The translations under genes were made by a program, and so were the position numbers. The notes beneath the pieces were generated by a model. The model had not been told where the DNA came from. It worked only from the letters and a program-made list of their open reading frames with translations, and made no database searches. Of a DNA stretch of 64,000 nt, positions 11,246 to 21,324 are shown in pieces. Origin of the DNA: a virus. The stretch covers positions 127,513 to 191,512 of IMG/VR virus record IMGVR_UViG_3300045972_000138; one strand, given 5' to 3'. Positions within the stretch are counted from its first letter, which is position 1, and every line of letters starts with the position of its first letter.

Positions 11246-12067
11246 ATGAATAGAGACGGACACAACAATGTAGCATTTTTTATTGGACCAGAAGTAGAAC
11301 ATACTCCTGCATATTCCAGACGCACACTATTTGTAGTAGGTAGGCAAGGTGTTGCCGATATTATTAAGCAAGCGCAAGATAATAAGGTGACACATATTTT
11401 TATGGGCGCAAACCATTCGTTTGATGTTGATCCAGCACATCCAGACGAAACAGTTAAGGCATATTGGGACAAAACAATCACTGCATTGCTTGACAAGGGT
11501 TTCTGGGTAACATTAGATTACGAAGCACATCTACACGAGATGGTGCTAAAGATGTTGAACCCAGGCATTTGGCAGTCACGCATTTTTGTTCCATTGCTAA
11601 GTGTGCGTATTCCTAAAATTGAAACAACAAGCAATAATTTGACAATTAAAATTGACGATGTTGATTTTAAAGCAACCAACCGCGGCGTATGGTGTATGCA
11701 CTTTCACGAAGTTACAGATAGCAATCGTTTCACTGATTGGCAAGACTACGAATCGGATTCTGTTATTGGTAGTACAGCACAACAACAGGCAGCATCTATT
11801 ATGGCTAATTTAGAAGGTATTGTCGAACCAAGAGCAACAAAAACACTAGCTGATACACTAGCTGATATTCCGGCACCAACTGAGCCACTTAATCAGACAG
11901 AGTTAGGATTGGATGCTAATCCAACAACAGCGTTGAAACCAGAAGAAGATAGCACTGTAGTAATTGTTAAGACACCGGAAGACGCTGCCGCAGCATACGC
12001 CGATGGTACTACGACAGATCCTCTAAGTGCTGAAAACTCTAAGAAACCAAGGGCAGCTAAGAAATGA
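11246..12067 (+). CDS. hypothetical protein with Pro/Thr/Ala-rich C-terminal tail
   Basis: 273 aa; RBS AAGGAA; N-terminal alpha/beta-like segment FFIGPE..TLFVVGRQG. Confidence 0.6.
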   Translation: MNRDGHNNVAFFIGPEVEHTPAYSRRTLFVVGRQGVADIIKQAQDNKVTHIFMGANHSFDVDPAHPDETVKAYWDKTITALLDKGFWVTLDYEAHLHEMVLKMLNPGIWQSRIFVPLLSVRIPKIETTSNNLTIKIDDVDFKATNRGVWCMHFHEVTDSNRFTDWQDYESDSVIGSTAQQQAASIMANLEGIVEPRATKTLADTLADIPAPTEPLNQTELGLDANPTTALKPEEDSTVVIVKTPEDAAAAYADGTTTDPLSAENSKKPRAAKK

Positions 12068-12465
12068 GTGCAACAATGCAAAAAATGATATGGGTTACCT
12101 TTAAGAAAGAAGGTATACACAGATATCCGGAAGCGTTAACCGATCCTGCTCTTGCAACCAACGATGAGTATGATGTTAGCTTCCTAGGATATGCACATAG
12201 ACATATTTTTCACTTCAAGGTATGGATCGATGTAATGCACGAAAACAGAGACATCGAGTTTATCCAATTTAAACGTTGGTTAGAAAACTTGTATGCACAG
12301 TCCATACTTGAACTTGATTATAAGTCTTGTGAAATGATGAGTAACGATTTATATGAAACAATTTCTGAAAAATATCCTAACAGGGAAGTTTGGATCGAAG
12401 TCTCAGAAGACGGAGAAAATGGATCATTTACAAGATACACGCCAATTAGATCATCCGATATTTGA
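12064..12465 (+). CDS. hypothetical protein (133 aa)
   Basis: ATGA overlap; QueD tested and not supported. Confidence 0.55.
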   Translation: MSATMQKMIWVTFKKEGIHRYPEALTDPALATNDEYDVSFLGYAHRHIFHFKVWIDVMHENRDIEFIQFKRWLENLYAQSILELDYKSCEMMSNDLYETISEKYPNREVWIEVSEDGENGSFTRYTPIRSSDI

Positions 12466-12640
12466 TAAGAAATATAAGGCCACTGTTATATTTCCTACAA
12501 ACACAGATGTGAGTTGGATGGATTGGGTTAATAAAAATACACAGAATAGGGGAGTCGATATTCAACTTCTAAACGACAAAGTATATGTCGCATTTGAAGA
12601 CGAAAACGACGCCCTTATCTTTAAGATAAGATATCTATGA
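12419..12640 (+). CDS. hypothetical small protein
   Basis: internal ATG of ORF 12353-12640, overlaps upstream gene end. Confidence 0.3.
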   Translation: MDHLQDTRQLDHPIFDKKYKATVIFPTNTDVSWMDWVNKNTQNRGVDIQLLNDKVYVAFEDENDALIFKIRYL

Positions 12641-13641
12641 AACATAAAATATTAGTAACTGGCGGCAACGGATTTATTGGGTCACAGGTTGTAACATCCT
12701 TAATAGATGCAGGGCACGATGTTACTGTGGTAGACTTGGTAGGTAAAAAAGAAGGTGTACCTGGATTACTAGGTAGATGTGTTGAACAAGACTACTACGC
12801 ATTCTTCTCGAATAACACAGTTAAATATGATACAGTAGTGCATTTAGCTGCCGAGCATATAGTGCCCCAGAGCGTTACTGAGCCTGACAAATACTACATA
12901 AATAACGTAATAAAAATGAAGAGTATGCTTGATTCTATGCGTACTACAGGCATTAAAAATATTATCTTTAGCTCAAGCGGTAATGTATATGGTCGGCAAG
13001 GCGCAGCAGGTTTTCCACTTACAGAAGACCTATATTACGATCCGGAGAATCCGTATGCATCAACTAAGGTTGCAGGCGAAATGCTTATTAAGGATTACGC
13101 AAGAGCATACGGTATTAACTATGTAAATTTTAGATATTTCAACGCAGCAGGAGCCGACCCGGAATGTAGGTTTGGATATACACAACGTCCTGCCACACAT
13201 GTCATTCCTATTTTGTGTAACAAGATTTTAAATAAACAGACATTTACTATTTTTGGAACAGACTATCATACACAGGATCATACCTGTGTTCGAGATTATG
13301 TACACGTTGCAGACATTGCATCTGCACACTTAAAAGCATTAGACTTCTTTGATAACGGCGGCAAAAACGAAACATTCAATTTGGGCGGCGATAGCACAGG
13401 TGTCAGCCTTAAGGATTTAGTAAGGTATGCTGCAGAAGTTGTCGGAGTAGAACCAGTAGTCGAATATGGCCCGCGCCGCGAAGGTGATCCTGCTATTTTG
13501 ATTGCTAATATTTCTAAGGCACAAAAGATATTAGGTTGGGAGCCAAAATATGACATTAAAGAAACTATTACGCACGCTTGGAATTGGGAAAGAAAATTCA
13601 TCGACTACGATATCGACAGATGGAGCAACGGGGAGCATTAA
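12637..13641 (+). CDS. NAD-dependent sugar epimerase/dehydratase (GalE-like)
   Basis: N-terminal Rossmann motif ILVTGGNGFIGS; catalytic YASTK (YxxxK); 334 aa. Confidence 0.85.
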   Translation: MKHKILVTGGNGFIGSQVVTSLIDAGHDVTVVDLVGKKEGVPGLLGRCVEQDYYAFFSNNTVKYDTVVHLAAEHIVPQSVTEPDKYYINNVIKMKSMLDSMRTTGIKNIIFSSSGNVYGRQGAAGFPLTEDLYYDPENPYASTKVAGEMLIKDYARAYGINYVNFRYFNAAGADPECRFGYTQRPATHVIPILCNKILNKQTFTIFGTDYHTQDHTCVRDYVHVADIASAHLKALDFFDNGGKNETFNLGGDSTGVSLKDLVRYAAEVVGVEPVVEYGPRREGDPAILIANISKAQKILGWEPKYDIKETITHAWNWERKFIDYDIDRWSNGEH

Positions 13642-13687
13642 TACAATAGATTATTCTAAGTACCCGGATTATACAGGAATTACAAAA

Positions 13688-14221
13688 ATGACAACGATAA
13701 ATTCTCAGGCGGGTGCCTATACACAAAATACAGGAATGACAATTACCGGTGCAATGGCATCTAATATAACAGGTACCGTTGCAGCGAATGCTAGTCAGTA
13801 CTCTATAGTAAATGCCAACTATAACAATATTGGTATTGGACAACCGATTAGTACTACGATACCTGGTTCACAATATAACATTAGTAACGGTTATACGGTC
13901 GGGTTCGCGCCGCCTGTATCAACAGTTGCATTCCACAATGGTTCAAATCAAGAAGTAGTTCGTCTAAATAAAGATGGTAGTGTTACGTGGGCAAGCGGTA
14001 TCAATATAGATGATGCAGCTGATGCATTTGCTAAATCTATACAATTAGGTGCCGAGCGTAGCGCAGGTATAACGGCAGGCGTTAAACAGCGTATGCGTGA
14101 TACAATTTTTGAAGAAATGATTGAGATGGCTAAGATAAAAGGAACACTCGATGCAGACGAGTTGACATATATGCTAAGTGCTGCTAAAATAATGGATAAG
14201 CTAAAAGGCAAATATGAATAG
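13688..14221 (+). CDS. hypothetical Thr/Asn/Gly-rich protein
   Basis: internal ATG 13688 chosen to avoid 90 nt overlap with epimerase. Confidence 0.45.
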   Translation: MTTINSQAGAYTQNTGMTITGAMASNITGTVAANASQYSIVNANYNNIGIGQPISTTIPGSQYNISNGYTVGFAPPVSTVAFHNGSNQEVVRLNKDGSVTWASGINIDDAADAFAKSIQLGAERSAGITAGVKQRMRDTIFEEMIEMAKIKGTLDADELTYMLSAAKIMDKLKGKYE

Positions 14222-14329
14222 AATTAAACAAGCATTGGTTGTTACCGTTTTGGTATGCCTAGCTGTAGGCGCGGTAACATCAATTATTGTATTTGGAAAT
14301 CACTCGGGCTTACCACCTATGGTGCCATA

Positions 14330-14503
14330 ATGAAAAAATATATATTTGAACTAACTGTCACTGAAGGTAATTCCGAATTCTGGGAAGAGTTGCTCGCAAC
14401 TAATGCCACAGGCTGCGATGACTTGCTGCAACAAATCGGAGATGCGTTGGCAGAACACGGATTTGATCCAATCGTTAAACTTGTAAAATACGAGGACAGA
14501 TAA
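14330..14503 (+). CDS. hypothetical small protein
   Basis: ATG 14330; preceded by a 38-aa hydrophobic mini-ORF 14214-14330. Confidence 0.35.
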   Translation: MKKYIFELTVTEGNSEFWEELLATNATGCDDLLQQIGDALAEHGFDPIVKLVKYEDR

Positions 14504-14715
14504 TGTGGGATCCTTTCGCACAATACAATGTCATGCGCGGCACTGGTTGCGGTGTATTATTTTCGTTGTTTGCTGTATTATTCTTTATTGTAACTATGCC
14601 GTATATGGCATTTGCACAATGGAGGCATAGTAAACTGAAAAGAGATTTTGGTTCATTTGACGAACTTAAGGCACAACGAGACGAACACGGTATAGTAAGG
14701 AGAAAAAATGATTAA
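14503..14715 (+). CDS. small membrane protein
   Basis: ATGTGG overlap; hydrophobic helix GCGVLFSLFAVLFFIV. Confidence 0.5.
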   Translation: MWDPFAQYNVMRGTGCGVLFSLFAVLFFIVTMPYMAFAQWRHSKLKRDFGSFDELKAQRDEHGIVRRKND

Positions 14716-15073
14716 ATGGCACGAAGGCATTACTGAACAAGAGTTTACAGATGCAATAAATGATGCGGTAATTAACGCACTTAAAGATGGTGTAAATGCT
14801 AAACCGCCAATTGCAGATTATAAAGATTACGTTAAAGCACATCTGAAGTTCTGGGCAGAGTCGGGTGTCGCTGCTCCAGGCAACGAATTGCAATCAATAC
14901 AGGCGTGGCTTAGATATTCATCGAATCATTCTAAAGAAGAAATTCAGGATACCTGGAGGACTAGAATGACTCTGCTAATGAAAGCAGCACAGGAAGTATA
15001 CGATGGTGGCCAGGCCGAAGAAGATAGAATCGGTATTTACGACAACCGTCCAGATATGGATAGAGGCAGATAA
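14708..15073 (+). CDS. hypothetical protein (121 aa)
   Basis: RBS AGGAGA; ATGA junctions. Confidence 0.6.
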   Translation: MIKWHEGITEQEFTDAINDAVINALKDGVNAKPPIADYKDYVKAHLKFWAESGVAAPGNELQSIQAWLRYSSNHSKEEIQDTWRTRMTLLMKAAQEVYDGGQAEEDRIGIYDNRPDMDRGR

Positions 15074-15276
15074 TGAATGAACGAACTGAGGAATTAGCAA
15101 GGCAGGCGTTTGAGTTTGGATTAGACACTGATCCTATTCTATATTACGAAGTAGGGAAGTTTGCCGAGTCGATTGTTAAGGAATGTGCATCACTATTTGA
15201 CCCGGATTTAACAGTGTTACATGAAGAGCGAATTTTGCGAGAAAGCATTTTGAATCATTTTGGGATTAAGGAATAA
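15073..15276 (+). CDS. small protein, paralog family (C-terminal HFGIKE)
   Basis: MNERTEEL...IVKEC...HFGIKE; paralogous to 15279-15500 and 43864-44046. Confidence 0.6.
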   Translation: MNERTEELARQAFEFGLDTDPILYYEVGKFAESIVKECASLFDPDLTVLHEERILRESILNHFGIKE

Positions 15277-15278
15277 CG

Positions 15279-15500
15279 ATGAACGAACGAATTAACGAAC
15301 TCGTCGGGCAGGCAAAGTTTATGGCAGAAGAAAGCACAAATAAGAAAATTTCTGCCAACACTGAATTGTATATGTTTGCTGAAAAGTTCGCTGAGTTGAT
15401 TATTAGGGAATGTCGTGTTACAATGAGTGAGAACTTTCACGAATGCAGGACTGCATCTCTAATGGATAAAGTAATCAAAGAACACTTTGGAGTTAAGTAA
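15279..15500 (+). CDS. small protein, paralog family (C-terminal HFGVK)
   Basis: MNERINEL...IIREC...EHFGVK. Confidence 0.6.
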   Translation: MNERINELVGQAKFMAEESTNKKISANTELYMFAEKFAELIIRECRVTMSENFHECRTASLMDKVIKEHFGVK

Positions 15501-16381
15501 TGTTCGGAACTAATGAAATTATCGGTAAGAAGTATTTTAAGGATGCACCTGCAGACAGCTTGTTTGTAACAAGTATGTTCTTCACACTCCAAGGAGAAGG
15601 CCCGTATGCTGGGCAACCTGCATTGTTCATCCGCCTGGCAAAGTGCAATTTAGATTGCTCATTCTGCGACACATTCTTTGACGATGGCGATTGGATGACG
15701 TTTGACGAGATTGACGAAAAGATTGAAGAAACTATCGAAGCCTACTGGACTAACAAAGGGCAAGAAGTACCTCAGTGGGCAGTTAATACCACACCTGGCG
15801 TTAAGGCAAATCCTGGTATCGTGCTTGTAATGACCGGCGGCGAGCCGCTATTGCAAGATAACATCTCTGCGTTTATGCAACAGCAACTTCAGTACTTCAA
15901 AGCGGTGCAAGTCGAAAGCAATGGTATTTTAGATACAGAAATTCCGCGTCTTGTTACTCTTGTATGCAGCCCAAAGTGCATGGAGAAAGACGGCAAAGCT
16001 GTAAAGTATTTTAGACCAAGCAAAACTATTCTCGAAGTAGCAGATTGTTTAAAGTTTGTAATGAGTGCAGACGTAGATAGTCCATACAATAATGTGCCGG
16101 ATTGGGCGCACGAATGGAAGCGGAATACAGGCAAAGAAATCTATTGCAGCCCAATGAATATTTATAATAGCCTGCCACAGAAGATTAAACTCATTCGTGC
16201 CGATAATGGTAAGATCACAATGGCAGAGCGTAGTACAGTCGATGAAGTGATTGACTTCTGGGAGCCAGGCGTTCTTAATTTAAAAGAGAATGAACTTAAC
16301 CATAAGTATACAGCACGTTACTGTATGGATCATGGATTCAAACTTAACTTGCAAATGCATTTGTACGCAGGATTATCTTAA
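15500..16381 (+). CDS. queE: 7-carboxy-7-deazaguanine synthase QueE (radical SAM)
   Basis: FFTLQGEGPYAGQPALFIRLAKCNLDCSFCDT matches QueE N-terminal cluster-binding block; MTGGEPLL; C-terminal CMDHGFKLNLQMHLYAGLS resembles E. coli QueE tail. Confidence 0.85.
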   Translation: MFGTNEIIGKKYFKDAPADSLFVTSMFFTLQGEGPYAGQPALFIRLAKCNLDCSFCDTFFDDGDWMTFDEIDEKIEETIEAYWTNKGQEVPQWAVNTTPGVKANPGIVLVMTGGEPLLQDNISAFMQQQLQYFKAVQVESNGILDTEIPRLVTLVCSPKCMEKDGKAVKYFRPSKTILEVADCLKFVMSADVDSPYNNVPDWAHEWKRNTGKEIYCSPMNIYNSLPQKIKLIRADNGKITMAERSTVDEVIDFWEPGVLNLKENELNHKYTARYCMDHGFKLNLQMHLYAGLS

Positions 16382-16711
16382 TGACAGTTACTAAACTATC
16401 ATTAGATAAAGATAACAGAATGCTCCGCGCTGGTTTTGGTAAAAATAACGGAAACTGGTTCTTTAGGATAGACGTATGGTACATAGGTTTACGGATCACA
16501 CAATGAAAGTAAGAATCATCGAACGGTATGAGGATAACAAGACTTATCCTATACTTGTTCGAATGGGCGGGGGATATCGCATTGTTGAAATGCTAGGTAG
16601 GGTTGCAAATGCGTGGAACGACGCAATATTTAACCGTTAAGTCCCAGGATAAATAGTTAACCTAGACTCTCTAGTCAAAACATCAATCATAAATAACAAT
16701 CTGAGATTAAC

Positions 16712-17341
16712 ATGTCAAAATTACCATTTGGAATATTGCCGGGCCATTGGGGTCTGAAAGGCAAAACACGCGAAATTGCAAAAGCCGAATACGAGCTAGA
16801 AGGCTACGAACTTGAAAAGAAATTATTAAGTTTAAAAGAAGATGAATTAGAGTCCAAAGATTATAACAAGCGGATGATTGATTTAGAATTTAAGCATGGT
16901 AGAATTACTAAGCAAGAGCAATTGCGTTATCTATGTAATCTTATTGAAGACGAGAAGCAACGTACACTAGCATTGCTTGAATTAGACTTCAAAGAAGGCG
17001 CTTTAACTATTACCGAATATCAAAAGCAAACTGCAACACTTAACGGCGAGCCTTGGGTGATTGTGCTTAACTTAGGTATTGGTGGCAAGACAGCGTTAGA
17101 AGGCAGCTTTGAATTAGATTGGAATGAATTCTTTATCGAAGATCTAAGAACCAAGGGATATGTGGGTCCATCAGAAGACCACATTGTTAATCAATGGTTT
17201 ATGGAAGTCTGCAGAACGATAGCCCTCGAGGAATTCGATGGCACAGGGGATTTCACAGCGGATTCCGCTGCAAATATGGAAGCCATGAAACGTTGGAATT
17301 CTACGGAATCCTACGCCAACGGCAGAAAAGGTTATCAGTAA
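16712..17341 (+). CDS. hypothetical protein (209 aa)
   Basis: ORF after 330 nt gap holding two mini-ORFs. Confidence 0.6.
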   Translation: MSKLPFGILPGHWGLKGKTREIAKAEYELEGYELEKKLLSLKEDELESKDYNKRMIDLEFKHGRITKQEQLRYLCNLIEDEKQRTLALLELDFKEGALTITEYQKQTATLNGEPWVIVLNLGIGGKTALEGSFELDWNEFFIEDLRTKGYVGPSEDHIVNQWFMEVCRTIALEEFDGTGDFTADSAANMEAMKRWNSTESYANGRKGYQ

Positions 17342-17608
17342 ATGTCGGATATCTATAGAACTTTCTATGCGATGAAAGGGCGACGTGGAGGCGAGCACCT
17401 AACTGTGCGCGACAAACTATTAGCCCACAGACTACACACTTGCCCGGGAAATGTCTACCACAACCATCCGCGTCGTGGAATCCTTTTTGACCGTCGCGTA
17501 CAATTTGGTCACCACTGCTATGTAATGTACTGGCGAGCACATCCGCAAGAATATAAAGAAACCCAACAGAACTGTAGACAAGGTTGTACTTTTAACGTAT
17601 AATACACT

Positions 17609-18151
17609 ATGAGAACGAATAAATCAAAATTAAAAGTAAGAGCAATTAATCTTGCATCCTTACGAGAGCCAGCTGATTTATATGCTTTTTTTAAAAGTTT
17701 CAAGGCGACACATTATGTATATGCATTTATATGTCGTGGAACCGTTATAAAGTATGGCGAATCAACAAGTCAATCTAGAGATACTATATTTGGCGAACGT
17801 GTAGTTAGGCAGGCATCTAATATAACAACTGGATGGGGCGATGATTATACATTACGCAAGAGCAGCAACGGTATTACAATGCGAGATTTGTGTGAAGCAT
17901 ATGAAGCTAAGTATGGATTAGTCGTTAATAGAAAAGACGTAGATATAATAGTGTATGATATGTCTGAATATCCGTTCGACGATCCGGATAATCCTGCTGC
18001 CGAAGTTAAGAAGTTAGAGGCCGAAATGCTTGATGATTTTAAATTACAGCACGGTAGTCTGCCTATAGGAAACGTAAAGCCAGAGCGTGCTAACCTTCAC
18101 ATTAAGAAAACACCTCCAGCAATTATTAAAAAATTGTTTAACGGAACATAA
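17609..18151 (+). CDS. hypothetical protein (180 aa)
   Basis: ORF. Confidence 0.55.
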   Translation: MRTNKSKLKVRAINLASLREPADLYAFFKSFKATHYVYAFICRGTVIKYGESTSQSRDTIFGERVVRQASNITTGWGDDYTLRKSSNGITMRDLCEAYEAKYGLVVNRKDVDIIVYDMSEYPFDDPDNPAAEVKKLEAEMLDDFKLQHGSLPIGNVKPERANLHIKKTPPAIIKKLFNGT

Positions 18152-19185
18152 TGCATACATTTATTCACACAGACGGACAAAATCTTTTTCATCGTCAAAT
18201 CAATATGACTAATCCTGCGATGGGATTAGATAGTGCAATTGGTATGGCTCTTCATATGATATTATATTCGATGAGGAAAGAATGGAACACATTCAACGGA
18301 ACCCACTGTGTTTTCTATATGGAAGGTCACAGCTGGCGTAAGAAAGTGTATCCTAAATACAAGGCCAACCGCCTTGTTGCACAGCAAGCACTAACAGAGC
18401 GCGAACAAGAAGATCGCGAAATCCTACAAGGCGCATTCGACGACTTAGTCGATCTTATCGATACCCATACAAATATTACTGTGCTAAAGAACCCACGCGC
18501 AGAAGCAGATGATATGATTGCTATTTTCATTGAGGCACACCCCAATGATAATCACGTACTTATTAGTTCTGACTCGGACTTCTATCAATTGTTACGTCAT
18601 CCTAATCTAACTATCTATGATCCCGTTAAAGATATCAAGATTACGCGAGAAGGCATCTGTAACGATAAAAATGAAAGGCTTGCATTTTCTGTAACTAGCA
18701 CTGCTAAGATTAAGGTGGGTAAGCCAGATCCCAACTTTGTGGTAGATCCAGATTGGTATAATTACGCATTGTTCCTGAAGTGTGTGCGTGGCGACAAAAC
18801 TGACTTTATCTTTAGTGCATATCCTGGTGTTCGCGAAAAAGGTACAAAGACATCAGTAGGTGTACGCGAAGCATACGAAGATAAGGCTAAGGGCTATGCG
18901 TGGAACAACTTCATGAACCAGAAATGGGTAGATGAAAATAAACAGGAACGCATAGTTAAAACAGAGTTTGAAATGAACAAACTTCTAATTGATCTATCTC
19001 AAATTCCTACCGATGTCAGGGAAGAATGTCTTACAGTTATTGCCGACGCAGTAGGTCGCAAAAATGTGCCAGCAGTAGATATTGGTGTACGATTTATGAA
19101 GTTTGCAGGTCGTTGGGCATTAACTAAAATTGGAAACAACTCAGCGCAGTTTATGCCAATGCTTAAATCAAAATATTCAGAATAA
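18151..19185 (+). CDS. 5'-3' exonuclease / flap endonuclease (RNase H-like)
   Basis: YKANR and ISSDSDFYQL motifs typical of the PolI 5'-exo / T4 RNase H / T5 D15 family. Confidence 0.8.
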   Translation: MHTFIHTDGQNLFHRQINMTNPAMGLDSAIGMALHMILYSMRKEWNTFNGTHCVFYMEGHSWRKKVYPKYKANRLVAQQALTEREQEDREILQGAFDDLVDLIDTHTNITVLKNPRAEADDMIAIFIEAHPNDNHVLISSDSDFYQLLRHPNLTIYDPVKDIKITREGICNDKNERLAFSVTSTAKIKVGKPDPNFVVDPDWYNYALFLKCVRGDKTDFIFSAYPGVREKGTKTSVGVREAYEDKAKGYAWNNFMNQKWVDENKQERIVKTEFEMNKLLIDLSQIPTDVREECLTVIADAVGRKNVPAVDIGVRFMKFAGRWALTKIGNNSAQFMPMLKSKYSE

Positions 19186-19194
19186 GGAGAAACT

Positions 19195-19689
19195 ATGTCA
19201 TATAAACTAAAACCAATCACAGAAAAATCTTGGCTCGTACTTGGAGACACAGAGGATACACGAATTGGCCTATTAACTGAAATTCGTGATCAGTATACAC
19301 TTATGCTGCAAGGTGCTAAGAAGCAATTCCTTAATCGCAAGGAAGTAAACAAATATTTTAATGAAGATATCTTTGGGAATATTACAGAGCCAGTTGTTGA
19401 AGCAGAAACAAAGAAAGATTATTTTATTAATGGCTATCCTGTTGAATTTGATAGTCCTAACGAAGTGTTGATTAAAGGTAGTAAGTTGCCATTGTTTAGC
19501 AAAAAAGCAACAAGCGATGTATATTACAGTGCCGGATATTACTGCCTAAACTTTCCTAAAAACTGGATGCCTGCATACTGCCCTAAGTTGGCTACATTAG
19601 AGACATACGAATATGTTGGCCCGTTTAAGACGGAAACAGAAATGCGTCTACAGTTGACAAAGATGCGTAAGGAAAAGAACTCTAAATAA
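19195..19689 (+). CDS. hypothetical protein (164 aa)
   Basis: RBS AAGGAGA. Confidence 0.6.
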   Translation: MSYKLKPITEKSWLVLGDTEDTRIGLLTEIRDQYTLMLQGAKKQFLNRKEVNKYFNEDIFGNITEPVVEAETKKDYFINGYPVEFDSPNEVLIKGSKLPLFSKKATSDVYYSAGYYCLNFPKNWMPAYCPKLATLETYEYVGPFKTETEMRLQLTKMRKEKNSK

Positions 19690-19923
19690 TTAGATAGGAA
19701 CAACATCCACGCGCCTGCGTGGATTCCTATTATACACATTATTGGCAATTTTCATTGCCTCTTCTTTTGTCGCAAACTTCTTCCACGGTTTGTGTTCAAT
19801 GGTTATCATATAATTCATTTTTACTTCACGTGGTGTCGGTGTTACAACCGCAGGTTGTTTGTCAAAATCAGCATCAATTGCTTTATTTTTCCAATAACCT
19901 TCTAATAGTTCTTGTAGTTTCAT
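19690..19923 (-). CDS. hypothetical small basic protein, minus-strand insert
   Basis: 77 aa ORF convergent with 19195-19689, AT-rich divergent region 19924-19980. Confidence 0.45.
   Translation of the reverse strand: MKLQELLEGYWKNKAIDADFDKQPAVVTPTPREVKMNYMITIEHKPWKKFATKEEAMKIANNVYNRNPRRRVDVVPI
19694..19730. terminator. bidirectional hairpin between convergent genes
   Basis: ATAGGAA-caaca-TCCACGC-gcct-GCGTGGA-TTCCTAT nested inverted repeat. Confidence 0.45.
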
Positions 19924-19980
19924 AGTGATATTTATCTTCTAAAAATAAATACGCATATTTGATAAATATATGTATACTTA

Positions 19981-20292
19981 TTGGAGAAAGTAATTATGGC
20001 AAGGCCAAAACCCACAATTATACTTGAACACGTAAATCCTAAGAGCTATAAGGCTGAACAAGTTTTAGAAGCAGAATCTATTTACGCAGTGTTCTATCAA
20101 GGCAAACCTATCAATCTCAGAACATTAAGTCATCTTGTTTCGTACCCTGGACCTAAATATAAGAAAGTAAGCTTTTCAAATTCAGGACACGCTTTTAATC
20201 TTGCAGAAAGGATGAATAAACTATTCAAAACTACAGACTTCACAGTACATAGATTAGACGGCGGAACATTGATTACTGAGATTGAAGACTAA
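19981..20292 (+). CDS. hypothetical protein (103 aa)
   Basis: RBS GGAGAAAG. Confidence 0.6.
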   Translation: MEKVIMARPKPTIILEHVNPKSYKAEQVLEAESIYAVFYQGKPINLRTLSHLVSYPGPKYKKVSFSNSGHAFNLAERMNKLFKTTDFTVHRLDGGTLITEIED

Positions 20293-20296
20293 CCTA

Positions 20297-20325
20297 TTGA
20301 CTAACTAGCAGACCTATATTACACT
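20297..20325 (+). promoter_or_regulatory. sigma70-like promoter TTGACT-N17-TACACT
   Basis: upstream of 20350 (RBS AAGGAG). Confidence 0.5.
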
Positions 20326-20349
20326 ACGCTTTTAACTAAGGAGTGTGTA

Positions 20350-21324
20350 ATGGGCTGTTGGAACAAAACCTGCGGATTATCTAATCTGCATATCACTGCA
20401 GGCGACGAAGTCTATGTATTCGTAATTGAAGAAGGTACAGACAAGACCGACCGTTGCTATTCGACTGCATTCTGGAAACCTGTTCTCCTCCCTTTTATGA
20501 GCAAGTACAATGACTACGGTGGTGGCGAAGAAAGTTCTGGCCCTGGCTTCCAAATCATTATGGACAGTGTTGCAAAGCAACTTGTTGAGATGGAACTCGG
20601 CGAAAACGAATACCACGACATTCCTGTAAAGAAAGAAGGCTTTGGCGAAGAGCAGTTCTTTGATGCTGTACACGAAAATCGATTATTCAAATCAGATCGC
20701 CAATTTAGGACCGGCGAAAAAATTATGGTTCCTATCGATTTTGTCATGATGCGTAAAGACATTGTTGACTACATTATCGACAATCGTGTAATCAAAGACT
20801 ATGTCGGTGAAGGTAAAGGAACTAGTGGTTGGGGCAACAGCTATATCAATTATAAATTTGAAGACATTCTGAAAGACCTTCCCGAATTTATGGACAAGCT
20901 GGCAGCAGCAGTGGACCCAGCAAACTTTGACAGCAAAGATCCAGAGTTGCAGGAAGCACTAATGGAAGTACGATTTATGCGCGGGCTTGGCATATTTGGG
21001 TATGAACACCCTAACAAGGTTAGCAAATGGCTGCGCGGCGATGGATATCGTTTTAGTTCCATTGTTCGCGTACAAGATGTACTGATGTCTTTACTGAAAG
21101 AAGGAAAGCGCGAAGAAGCAGACCTGCTGGTAGTTGATCTGTTAAAAGGCCATTACATTAATATGTTTATGGAACTTACTCGCAAGAATTGGGCACCTGG
21201 TGGACACGAAGGAAGTCAGAGTCAGGAAGCCGATGAATATCGTTTGTTGATTAAGGCAACGACTAATGCGTTAGATGTTGAAAAAGCGTATTACGCAGAA
21301 GTAAACGGCGAAGACGAAGACTAA
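20350..21324 (+). CDS. hypothetical protein (324 aa), acidic C-terminus
   Basis: N-terminal MGCWNKTCG. Confidence 0.6.
   Translation: MGCWNKTCGLSNLHITAGDEVYVFVIEEGTDKTDRCYSTAFWKPVLLPFMSKYNDYGGGEESSGPGFQIIMDSVAKQLVEMELGENEYHDIPVKKEGFGEEQFFDAVHENRLFKSDRQFRTGEKIMVPIDFVMMRKDIVDYIIDNRVIKDYVGEGKGTSGWGNSYINYKFEDILKDLPEFMDKLAAAVDPANFDSKDPELQEALMEVRFMRGLGIFGYEHPNKVSKWLRGDGYRFSSIVRVQDVLMSLLKEGKREEADLLVVDLLKGHYINMFMELTRKNWAPGGHEGSQSQEADEYRLLIKATTNALDVEKAYYAEVNGEDED

Noticed and set aside
12064-12465. Possible QueD (6-carboxytetrahydropterin synthase), suggested by size (133 aa) and a GYAHRHIFHF segment near the DpdA/QueE genes
   Set aside because: The spacing does not match the QueD/PTPS C-x3-HGH zinc motif and the Cys is absent; kept as hypothetical.
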